A DNA stretch of 19,748 bases from the NCBI GenBank assembly GCA_019057635.1, contig DXJL01000096.1, forward strand, positions 1 to 19,748, given 5' to 3'. The position numbers and the translations under genes are program-made. This stretch comes from Candidatus Heimdallarchaeota archaeon. Lineage in GTDB: Archaea > Asgardarchaeota > Heimdallarchaeia > Hodarchaeales > Hodarchaeaceae. Below are positions 1-8,145 of this stretch, in pieces (position 1 is the first letter of the stretch; the number at the start of each line of letters is the position of its first letter). The notes beneath the pieces are model-generated. The model made no database searches. It worked only from the letters and a program-made list of their open reading frames with translations, and was not told the origin of the DNA.

Positions 1-80
1 ACTTTAATATAGTTTAGTAAGAACTAACTGGGTTTTGTTCGGTTATTTAAGAGAATATCTACTGTGACTGTTTTCTGGTG

Positions 81-125
81 AAAAAGAAAAAAGAGAAAAG
101 AGGATTGCAGTTGCGAAACTGCAAT
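81..125 (-). terminator. Hairpin plus pyrimidine-tract terminator of the DUF6326/MDR operon
   Basis: Perfect 9-bp inverted repeat attgcagtt (104-112) / aactgcaat (117-125) with a 4-nt loop, 18 nt past the stop at 144. On the minus strand it is followed by cctcttttctcttttttcttttt. Confidence 0.75.
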
Positions 126-143
126 GAAAGTATATTATTTTTG

Positions 144-554
144 CTAACCTTCCTGTGAAGGCCACTTCCATGCAAAATAGACAATTAGTGCAAGAAGCAC
201 AATTTCTACACTAGAAGCAAATACGAAATAAAGATTAGGATCCATTATTCCTCCTAGCACAAAAACAGCTTGTATAAGACCAACGATGATATTAGTAAGG
301 CGATTCGGTTTAGGTTTCAATATCAGGGACAGGAAAATCATAAGACTCGGAAGAGTCATTAATAACATAAATCCCAATAACAGGGCTTGAGATATTGAAA
401 AACCTGCTACTTTTCCATGAATTAAATCATCGATAAACCCAGGTGTATACAATCCAAAATAATCTGCATAAATAAACAGAAACGTAACAGATACCCATAA
501 TGCTGAGAGCTTGACCTTCACATTAATCTTCACATCTTCCAAATGGTTTGTCAT
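144..554 (-). CDS. DUF6326-like small membrane protein (~4 TM)
   Basis: KLSALWVSVTFLFIYADYFGLYTPG...LMTLPSLMIFLSLIL...NRLTNIIVG...IVYFAWKW matches the family pattern from memory. ATG at 554 preferred over GTG at 572 because agagga lies just upstream. Confidence 0.75.
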   Translation of the reverse strand: MTNHLEDVKINVKVKLSALWVSVTFLFIYADYFGLYTPGFIDDLIHGKVAGFSISQALLLGFMLLMTLPSLMIFLSLILKPKPNRLTNIIVGLIQAVFVLGGIMDPNLYFVFASSVEIVLLALIVYFAWKWPSQEG

Positions 555-568
555 TTTAATTCCTCTGT

Positions 569-1594
569 TCACTCGATACTGATTACCACTCGACCTTTGG
601 CATGACCTGTCTCGTAGTGACGATGAGCTTCAGCTGTTTGACTTAAGGGATACACCGTATCTATGACTGGTTTGATCTTTCCCTCTTCAATCCATTCACG
701 AATTAAATTCATGGCCCTCGCACTTTCATCTGCAGATCCGGCTTTGAATCTCTTATTATTTGTCATCAAATGGAAAAGGTTTTTTGGACTACTTATGGGA
801 TTATTTGAAATATAGGTTCCTTCAGAGACTAAGATGTTCTTGCATTTTGAAAGATTTTGCGCTGAAGCGATATCGAAGATTATATCATACTGAATGGAAT
901 CATTCTTGGTGTAATTTTCCTTAGTATAATCGATTACATAGTCTGCTCCAATTTCTTTGACCATATCAACATTAGTAGGACCACACACACCAGTGACTTC
1001 AGCACCATAAACATTCTTAGCCATTTGCACTGCAAAGGTTCCGATTCCTCCCGAAGCCCCTATGATGAGAACCTTTTGTCCTTTCTTAGGTGTTGCTAAA
1101 TCTTTAAATGCTAATAGTGCAGGTGTAGCGCCTCCTGGAACGGCTGCTGCCTCTTGAAAGCTCAAATTTGTTGGTTTTTTGGCTAATACAGATGCAGAAA
1201 CAGTCATATATTCAGCACATACTCCTCCTTTTTCCGAATATCCATATACATGGTTTCCAACGTTCCAATCAGTAACTTCTTTTCCTATGGATACAATTTC
1301 ACCTACAAAACCACCCCCAGGAATTTTTTGTTTCGGCTTTCTTATTCCCCCAAATGATAGTCTGAGAAAAAATCCTACTACCTGTCTAATACCCCAGAAA
1401 GCTGTTTTCATAGCCTTTCCACCACGATGCATTATATCTACAGTGTTAATTGAAGTACCATGGTTACGAATTAAAACTTCATCATTTTTTGGTTGTGGTT
1501 TTTCTATTTCTACAAGTTCAAGGACATCAGGTGATCCGAATTTTTTACAGATCACTGCTTTCATTTTCTTTGTTCCACTTTCTTTACTTCCCAT
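569..1594 (-). CDS. Zn-independent MDR-family NAD(P)H oxidoreductase (quinone reductase/zeta-crystallin-like)
   Basis: MKAVI...GSPDVL...P.PK.DEVLI N-terminus. SINTVD replaces the catalytic-Zn Cys. GASGGIG nucleotide-binding loop and C-terminal GHAKGRVVI. GGTGA RBS 6 nt before the ATG. Confidence 0.9.
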   Translation of the reverse strand: MGSKESGTKKMKAVICKKFGSPDVLELVEIEKPQPKNDEVLIRNHGTSINTVDIMHRGGKAMKTAFWGIRQVVGFFLRLSFGGIRKPKQKIPGGGFVGEIVSIGKEVTDWNVGNHVYGYSEKGGVCAEYMTVSASVLAKKPTNLSFQEAAAVPGGATPALLAFKDLATPKKGQKVLIIGASGGIGTFAVQMAKNVYGAEVTGVCGPTNVDMVKEIGADYVIDYTKENYTKNDSIQYDIIFDIASAQNLSKCKNILVSEGTYISNNPISSPKNLFHLMTNNKRFKAGSADESARAMNLIREWIEEGKIKPVIDTVYPLSQTAEAHRHYETGHAKGRVVISIE

Positions 1595-1605
1595 CTTTTT
1601 TCACC
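1548..1605. repeat. Copy 1 of a 58-nt direct repeat (MDR 5' end plus RBS)
   Basis: 53/58 identical to 3734..3791 by manual alignment. Confidence 0.9.
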
Positions 1606-1633
1606 CAATAAGTTTTAAATAACCTTTTCGATC

Positions 1634-1999
1634 CTAAATGATCCAATTCCATGCATAATAAACAGTCAGTGCATTAAATCCCATTGATAAAAATAATGTA
1701 AATTTTACATAGATAGGATAACCTCGAAAAGATAAAATATTAAAAACAATTAATGCAGAAGCTACGATAATGTTTGCCCACCGAGATAATGAATCGTCTA
1801 ATATAAGGGTCAACACAATCATAATAACTGGAACCATCATGATTCCTGCCATTAATAAAACCATATATTGAGTTAATGGCTTACCATCTATTTCTCCCGG
1901 TTTCATATGCCCAGCTATTATGGAAAACACATCTCCATACAAATAACATAACATTGCAGCAACCCAAACGAATGATAGTACAATTTTAATGTCGTCCAT
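1634..1999 (-). CDS. DUF6326-like small membrane protein, paralog of 144..554
   Basis: KIVLSFVWVAAMLCYLYGDV...MMVPVIMIVLTLIL...SRWANIIVA...VYYAWNW aligns by eye with the 144..554 product. Confidence 0.75.
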   Translation of the reverse strand: MDDIKIVLSFVWVAAMLCYLYGDVFSIIAGHMKPGEIDGKPLTQYMVLLMAGIMMVPVIMIVLTLILDDSLSRWANIIVASALIVFNILSFRGYPIYVKFTLFLSMGFNALTVYYAWNWII

Positions 2000-2431
2000 C
2001 TTTTATCACTTACTTCATTTAGAATTTTTACCTATAAAATATTTTTATTTATATTTTCTTGGTTTAACAATATGCAACTCCTCCTGATGTATTTTTCCGA
2101 CTTACCAGATATTTTATTTCACCATGTATTCTTCGGTGTTGAGTTGAATGTATAAGCAGAGTAGCAATTATCATTAATAAAAGAGATTGGAAAAAAGACT
2201 GCAAAGAGTATTTAGTAGTGTAAAATTGGCTGGTTTTTTGGGCTATTAGGGTTCGGGGCATCTTTAAGGGTATATACTGATTTGTAAAAACGAACAATAG
2301 AAATTTAATTAATTCATTTACCTTTCTTCCCCTTCATTCTCGGTTGATGATCGTTTTGCAGGTTTCAATGTCCAGCTACCGATACCTATATTTTGTAAAT
2401 CTACGCTTTGCATGCAAGGTCGAATTGTGCG

Positions 2432-3631
2432 ATGACAGATGGATCAAAATTTTCCTACGTTACTAAAAATGCTCTAGACTTTTTAGAGGCTCTAGATGTG
2501 CCTCACCTATACGATTTTTCCCTACCCTTCCAATTTAAAGAGCGGATGTTTCATTTAATCGGTCGAAAGAGGAGTATAGATTTTCAGGAAGTGGTGACCT
2601 TTTTGGAAAAGCGGTCACCACCGTTAAAATTTGAGTATGTAGGGTATGACAACCTTGGAGTAGAAATGAAGGCAGTTGATAAGATAAGGGGAATTTTTTT
2701 GATGATAAATCCCGATCCAAGGGGTTTTGATGTGATTCCTCCAGAGAGTATGGTTATCTGTCATCACAAAATCTCCATATATAAAAATAAAACATTCCAG
2801 GACATTCTTTCTTTTTGCCAGGAAAACAAGATCAATGTATACAATTATCACCTTGCCTGGGACATAATGGAGGATGGAATAGGCGATGCTTTCTTGTCTT
2901 TCCTCGGATATGATAAGGATAAAGTTGAAAAAAAGACACTTGTTTACAAGGGTATGGAAATTCCTCGTTTGGGATCTATAATTAAAGAAAAGGTATCTCT
3001 AACTGAAATCATCACCAAATTGAGTCAACTCAATGTCAGGCCTTCAGTTGTAATATGTCCAGAATCTGAGAATACGACAGTAGGATACATCCCCGGGGGT
3101 GGATTTGTAGATCAAATGATGGTTGATATGGCTAGTGCAGGCGTTGACGTGTTGATCTCATCTGATCCTCTGTGGGTCCACGAAATCCTGGCTCGGGAGC
3201 TGGGAATCACAATGGTATCTATTAACCACTACACCAGTGAAAGATATGGTTTAGATAACATGCAGAGCGTTTTAAGCAAACGATTCCCTGAAACTCCAAC
3301 CATCGTTCTAGAGGAAACCAACAATATTAGAGCAAAAACAGAATTACTTATTCACGATTTAATTGATATAGCCCTTCAAGATGGTTATATCGCAGAAAAT
3401 GAAAACACTATTATTGCATCAACCAATAAAATGATTAACAGTTTCATGAATGAATATAATGAAGCGTGGAAAGATAAATTCATTTCAAATGAGGAGCGAA
3501 GTAATTTGTCTCGGTTATGGAATATGATATACACCGTAACAGCGAAAACAGTAGGGGTGAATTCTCAACTTTCTTTCGAGGAAATAAACTTGCTAGATCA
3601 CCTTTCTAGGAAAATCAAGGATCTAGATTAG
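2432..3631 (+). CDS. Nif3/DUF34 (YbgI-like) dinuclear metal-centre protein with C-terminal TerB-like helical domain
   Basis: EVVTFLEKRSP...YDNLG, ICHH, YHLAWD, PGGG, LISSD and NHYTSE correspond to DUF34 motifs (DNxG, HH, HxxxD, GHYxTE). About 100 extra C-terminal residues. ATG 2432 chosen over TTG 2408. Confidence 0.8.
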   Translation: MTDGSKFSYVTKNALDFLEALDVPHLYDFSLPFQFKERMFHLIGRKRSIDFQEVVTFLEKRSPPLKFEYVGYDNLGVEMKAVDKIRGIFLMINPDPRGFDVIPPESMVICHHKISIYKNKTFQDILSFCQENKINVYNYHLAWDIMEDGIGDAFLSFLGYDKDKVEKKTLVYKGMEIPRLGSIIKEKVSLTEIITKLSQLNVRPSVVICPESENTTVGYIPGGGFVDQMMVDMASAGVDVLISSDPLWVHEILARELGITMVSINHYTSERYGLDNMQSVLSKRFPETPTIVLEETNNIRAKTELLIHDLIDIALQDGYIAENENTIIASTNKMINSFMNEYNEAWKDKFISNEERSNLSRLWNMIYTVTAKTVGVNSQLSFEEINLLDHLSRKIKDLD

Positions 3632-3780
3632 CGAATGCCGTTCTGAATGCGGAAAAAGTTGAAATTTGATCTGGGAGGAGTTTTCCCGTTCGGGTGATCT
3701 GTATCAAACATTTTGAGTGAATTATATTTTGTGCAGATTACTGCTTTCATTTTCTTTGTTTCATTTTCTTTACTTTCCAT
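3628..3780 (-). pseudogene. Truncated MDR oxidoreductase remnant 1
   Basis: Translates MESKENETKKMKAVICTKYNSLKMF..., versus MGSKESGTKKMKAVICKKFGSPDVL in the intact gene. Similarity is lost after ~25 codons; stop after 50 codons. Confidence 0.85.
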
Positions 3781-3791
3781 CTTTTTCCACC
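3734..3791. repeat. Copy 2 of the 58-nt direct repeat
   Basis: 53/58 identical to 1548..1605; all five differences are C/T transitions on the + strand. Confidence 0.9.
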
Positions 3792-3815
3792 ATTATAATA
3801 TTAAAACATCCAATT

Positions 3816-3947
3816 TCAGAGCTTTGTCACGATGAAAGCAAAATTTCTTAGTAGGACTTCATTGTCCTTGTCTAGAACAGGTTTTTCTACTTCTTTCGAT
3901 TCAAAAACATCGACTGATTCAAATTCCGTTTGTGCAATTGCTTTCAT
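3816..3947 (-). pseudogene. Truncated MDR oxidoreductase remnant 2
   Basis: Translates MKAIAQTEFESVDVFESKEVEKPVLDKDNEVLLRNFAFIVTKL*, matching MKAVICKKFGSPDVLELVEIEKPQPKNDEVLIRN. ggagga RBS retained upstream. Confidence 0.8.
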
Positions 3948-4271
3948 GAGTATTCCTCCAAGGATTGCTCTATTGAAGTGAAGTTGAAGATTTCTGGCTT
4001 TTATAGGAGTATTGACCTTATGAGACCAAAATTCCTCCTAATTTGTAAGGTTTAGTTGTTATGTTCCACAGTTTTGACTATTTTTGCCCTTTTTGTACAC
4101 TTTTTCAAAAAAACTGGGAGATTAGTCATAAATAGATTTATTTAATGTTAAAAATGTAACTTGTTAACTAGACCTTGGTGACTAAAAAGTCTCAGAATTG
4201 TTTTTTTTGTAATAAATTTTCCAGAAATTCATATTTGATTCTTTGTTCATCAATAAAAAGGAAGATTCCTA

Positions 4272-7200
4272 ATGGTAACCCCTACACCTGTAAAATTTGC
4301 CTATAAATCAGTTGTTCGACGTAGACAAAAGAATTTTTTCTCAATTTTGGGAATTACGCTGGGCGTAGCTCTTCTAGCGGGAGTTCAGATTAGTGTTGAT
4401 AGTATAACATTTGAATGGCAAAATATGTTTCTACATTCAGGTGGAGAACGAGAAATTACTATTATGGGAATTACTAATCCATTCTTTAATGAGAGTATTG
4501 TTGAAAAGCTTCAACAGGCAAATATTGCCAACATGGATGGCATTACTGGAAGAATGACTTTAACAACAACTGTTTTTTGGGAGGAGGAAGGGACAATAGA
4601 GACGGGAATCACTTTTGAGGGGGTGGATTCCAATGAGGATGATACTTTTGGAGAGTATAAGACTAAAGAGGGTTCCACTATCGATATAAGTGCGATTCCA
4701 GATGGGAACATCATCATAGGTCGTGAATTAGTTGAGCTGATGGAAACCAAAGAAAATAAACTTGCAAAAGGTGATTCAATAGAAATCTCTGTGTCTTTAG
4801 GCAGTTTTATAGTAGTTAGTCAACCGATGGAAATCCATGAAATTTATGAAGATAAAGGCAGAGGGGAGGAAAACTTTGCAAATAATATAGTTGTTCCTCT
4901 CGATTGGTTGCAAACTCAAATCCAGCCGTTTTTTAGTCAAGTACCAGGAGTAGATTCGGCTAATCTCATAAACATCATATATTGTAGTTTGGATAAGGAA
5001 GTGTCTGACGACGAAGATGTTTCTGATGTAGTCATTAGTAACATTTTCGGTGCATTAGAGAGTGAAGCAGGTATTCCAATGCCCCTACAACAGTTTATCA
5101 TCATCAATACTAGAATTACTACCTCGAATATGGTTGCAGCAATGATGAATAATCTTGGCCAGATATTGTGGATTTTTGGATCGATTATCATATTCTGTGG
5201 TTTATTACTAATTACTAATATTAATTTAATGACAGTTGAAGAGCGAGAAGCACAAACTGGAATTATGCGAGCTATAGGCACAAAGAAACGGCAGATTCTA
5301 GGCTCTTATGTCACTGAATTTATAACCTTAGGTTTTGTGGGAGGATTCCTAGGTATTTTCGGGGGAATTCTCTATGGTATGTTCTTAGTTCTAATGTTTG
5401 GAACTGTTTTTGGTTTATCAGCTACATGGCCAGTAGTTAGTTCCCAAGCTATTATAATTGCCTTTGTGGCTGGCTTTGTTGTATCCCTTGTAACAGGAAT
5501 TTTGCCTGCTATACGTGCTAGCAATGTGAATATAGTTCAGGTGATTAGAGGCATAATACCCTTAGATGAAAAAGAGCCTAGTAGAAAAGGGTTATATGGG
5601 GGTATTATCATGCTGCTTATCGGTATCTTTTTACTTGGGACGTATGACGTAAATATCCTAGAAGGACAAGAAGCATTTCGTCAGATGAGTGATATCGAGT
5701 TTTTCTTCATGCCTATTCTCTTAATTGCGATAGGATTAACTCTAGTGGTAGTCTTTTTCGCAAGAAAGCTGGTAGAAATTCCTGAAAAGTTAGCTTTACA
5801 GATTGTAAGTTTGATTTTGGTTATATGGCCTATGATTAATCTTTTAGTTCTCCTAGATTGGGCCATAGAAAACACAGGTGGTATGATGCTTATCTTTTTC
5901 GCAATTTTCTCGCTTATCATAGGATCAACAATGCTTGTAGGGATTAATCTAGATCTTGTAGCCAATACCGGGGAATTCATTGTCGGTCTACCGAAAAGAT
6001 TTAAAACTGTCGCTCTCTTAGCTTTTAGACAGATAGCTGCTCAGAAAACACGCTCCACATTGACTTTTGCTATCTTTGCTTCAGTACTTACTTTGAACAT
6101 ATTTATAGGTACTTTTTCCTATTCATTTCGCTATGGGTTTGATAGCCAAGTGAATGAATCTTCAGCAGAAATTGATCTAATAGCCCTAGCTGATCAAGAT
6201 ATTAACCAAACTATCAATTATGCCAATCTTGTTAAAGAATCTACTACTATTGCAGGCAGTAGCGAGATTGAATTTGCTGCTGGTATGACAATAACTGATG
6301 AGGCGTTTGCATTCACAGAAGAACCTGTAGAAAGTATCCCATTTGATGACCCAGATAAACATGTCCGAGCAGCTGTTATAGATATAAACACTACAGATAT
6401 GTGGAACAATAACGAGTGGGTATTCCCATTTCCTCTCGAACGACAGAAAATGGGGGATTTTGATCCGACTGACGATGATGAACTCACCATGCAAGAAAAC
6501 GAACAAGCATGGCAAGGGGTAGCAAATAATTCCTATGTGGACGATAAAGGCAAAATCGTTACTTCAGGTGGAAAACCAGTAATAATCACTGCACTTTACA
6601 CACAAGATCCCATGAGTATGGAGATCGGAGAACCCCCAGCGGGAAAATCTCTCTGGTTACTTAATTCCACTGGTAATGGTCTAATTGAATTCAAAGTAAT
6701 TGCTCATTTCATAGAGAATCCAATTAATGATTTCATAATTGTAGGTAGTATATCACCAGGAAGCAAATTTGTATTTTTCGTTTCCAGTGAGTGGACTAAT
6801 TTACTCTCCGCTTTTACACAAAACAATCAAAATGGAACTGAAAATCTTTTTCTCTTTAAGACAAGTCATTTCCTTAAATCTGAAAGTAATTTTGATTTAG
6901 CTTCAGATATTGAATCATGGTCTAATGCAGTTGATAAGGACTTCCGTCTGTTACATTCTAATAACAGACTGCACGGAATTGAGGTAATTCCTGTATGGGA
7001 TATTTATGAAACGCAACTTGAATTTATGTATGACTTTATGACTTTTCTTCAAAGCTTTACTTCTATGGGATTCATCGTGGGAGTCATGGGATTATTGGTT
7101 GTATCGATACGCTCTGTTAGTGAGAGAAAACGTGAAATTGGTATGATGCAGTCGATCGGACTAACCCGATTTGGTGTAATCCTTGCTGTTGTAATCGAAT

Positions 7201-7430
7201 TGATAACCATGGGGCTGATTGGACTCGCTATAGGGGTGTTTAATGGCATTATTCTTGGTTATGGACTTATAAATGTAGCTGGTGAAGGAAATGCCACATT
7301 TCTCATTCCATGGAATATTATCGCTACGTATACTATGATCACTCTCGGAGCCGCCTTTCTTGCTGCTATTATTCCTGGTTGGCGTGCCCAGAAAATCCCC
7401 CCCTCAGAAGCACTACGATATACTGGTTAG
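4272..7430 (+). CDS. MacB/FtsX-family (type VII) ABC permease, two fused halves with extra central TM segments
   Basis: RRRQKNFFSILGITLGVALL and KTRSTLTFAIFASVL first helices. Two signatures, EREAQTGIMRAIG and ERKREIGMMQSIG. Half-termini PAIRASNVNIVQVIR and PGWRAQKIPPSEALRY. Two large extracytoplasmic loops. Confidence 0.92.
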   Translation: MVTPTPVKFAYKSVVRRRQKNFFSILGITLGVALLAGVQISVDSITFEWQNMFLHSGGEREITIMGITNPFFNESIVEKLQQANIANMDGITGRMTLTTTVFWEEEGTIETGITFEGVDSNEDDTFGEYKTKEGSTIDISAIPDGNIIIGRELVELMETKENKLAKGDSIEISVSLGSFIVVSQPMEIHEIYEDKGRGEENFANNIVVPLDWLQTQIQPFFSQVPGVDSANLINIIYCSLDKEVSDDEDVSDVVISNIFGALESEAGIPMPLQQFIIINTRITTSNMVAAMMNNLGQILWIFGSIIIFCGLLLITNINLMTVEEREAQTGIMRAIGTKKRQILGSYVTEFITLGFVGGFLGIFGGILYGMFLVLMFGTVFGLSATWPVVSSQAIIIAFVAGFVVSLVTGILPAIRASNVNIVQVIRGIIPLDEKEPSRKGLYGGIIMLLIGIFLLGTYDVNILEGQEAFRQMSDIEFFFMPILLIAIGLTLVVVFFARKLVEIPEKLALQIVSLILVIWPMINLLVLLDWAIENTGGMMLIFFAIFSLIIGSTMLVGINLDLVANTGEFIVGLPKRFKTVALLAFRQIAAQKTRSTLTFAIFASVLTLNIFIGTFSYSFRYGFDSQVNESSAEIDLIALADQDINQTINYANLVKESTTIAGSSEIEFAAGMTITDEAFAFTEEPVESIPFDDPDKHVRAAVIDINTTDMWNNNEWVFPFPLERQKMGDFDPTDDDELTMQENEQAWQGVANNSYVDDKGKIVTSGGKPVIITALYTQDPMSMEIGEPPAGKSLWLLNSTGNGLIEFKVIAHFIENPINDFIIVGSISPGSKFVFFVSSEWTNLLSAFTQNNQNGTENLFLFKTSHFLKSESNFDLASDIESWSNAVDKDFRLLHSNNRLHGIEVIPVWDIYETQLEFMYDFMTFLQSFTSMGFIVGVMGLLVVSIRSVSERKREIGMMQSIGLTRFGVILAVVIELITMGLIGLAIGVFNGIILGYGLINVAGEGNATFLIPWNIIATYTMITLGAAFLAAIIPGWRAQKIPPSEALRYTG

Positions 7431-7442
7431 GTGTGTAAAAAT

Positions 7443-8138
7443 ATGGAAAAAAATGAATATATTCTTGAATTAAAAGATGTGCACAAAATATATGGGAGAG
7501 GTACACCTAATGAAGTCCATGCTCTACGTGGAATCAACTTAAATATCCGTAAAGGAGAGATGGTTGCAATGATGGGGCCCTCAGGATGTGGAAAAACCAC
7601 TATGCTCCACATTATAGGTGGTCTCTCTAAACCTACATCAGGTACAATTCTTGTTAATGGAATAAACCTTGACGATTTTTCAGGGACAAAATTAGCAGAT
7701 TTCAGGAACAGAGAGCTCGGATTTATCTTTCAACTGTTCAATCTTTTTCCATTTCTGACAGCTCTCCAAAACGTATTAGTCCCACTTCTCATTCAACAAT
7801 TAGATGAAGGTGAAGCTCGTACAAGAGCTAATATTATCTTACGTGAGCTGGGTTTAGGAGGACGGATGGATCATCGCCCTGGAGAGCTATCAGGTGGTCA
7901 AGAACAGCGGGTAGCGATTGCACGAGCTCTGGTTACTCAACCCTCAATATTACTTGGCGATGAACCTACAGGGGATCTAGATACTCTTACGTCCAGTGAT
8001 ATAATGGATCTCTTTCGTCGTCTTAACCAGGAAAATAAACAGACAATGCTCTTGGTAACTCACAATAAGTTTGTGGGTAATGAATGTGATAGAATCATTC
8101 GAATGAATGATGGAATAGTGGTAGATGATGACCTTTAG
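7443..8138 (+). CDS. LolD/MacB-type ABC ATP-binding protein
   Basis: Walker A GPSGCGKT, Q-loop IFQ, LSGGQ, Walker B/D-loop LLGDEPTGDLD, H-loop VTH. ATG 7443 preferred over GTG 7431. Confidence 0.95.
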   Translation: MEKNEYILELKDVHKIYGRGTPNEVHALRGINLNIRKGEMVAMMGPSGCGKTTMLHIIGGLSKPTSGTILVNGINLDDFSGTKLADFRNRELGFIFQLFNLFPFLTALQNVLVPLLIQQLDEGEARTRANIILRELGLGGRMDHRPGELSGGQEQRVAIARALVTQPSILLGDEPTGDLDTLTSSDIMDLFRRLNQENKQTMLLVTHNKFVGNECDRIIRMNDGIVVDDDL

Positions 8139-8145
8139 GAGTTGA

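Noticed and set aside
1179-1622. 147-aa + strand ORF
   Set aside because: Antisense shadow of the well-supported MDR gene; no recognisable motifs.
2064-2297. 77-aa minus-strand ORF in the divergent intergenic region
   Set aside because: TTG start, no RBS and no family resemblance; cannot be supported, though not strictly excluded.
3948-3970. Imperfect hairpin covering the RBS of MDR remnant 2
   Set aside because: Two mismatches in a 10-bp stem on the transcribed strand and a 3-nt loop; too weak to call.
4122-4185. Inverted repeats ttagtca/tgactaa and ataaat-ag-atttat upstream of permease 1
   Set aside because: Short and AT-rich, expected by chance; no second copy found.
4511-7612. Several minus-strand ORFs within permease 1 and its ATPase
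   Set aside because: Antisense shadows of strongly supported genes.
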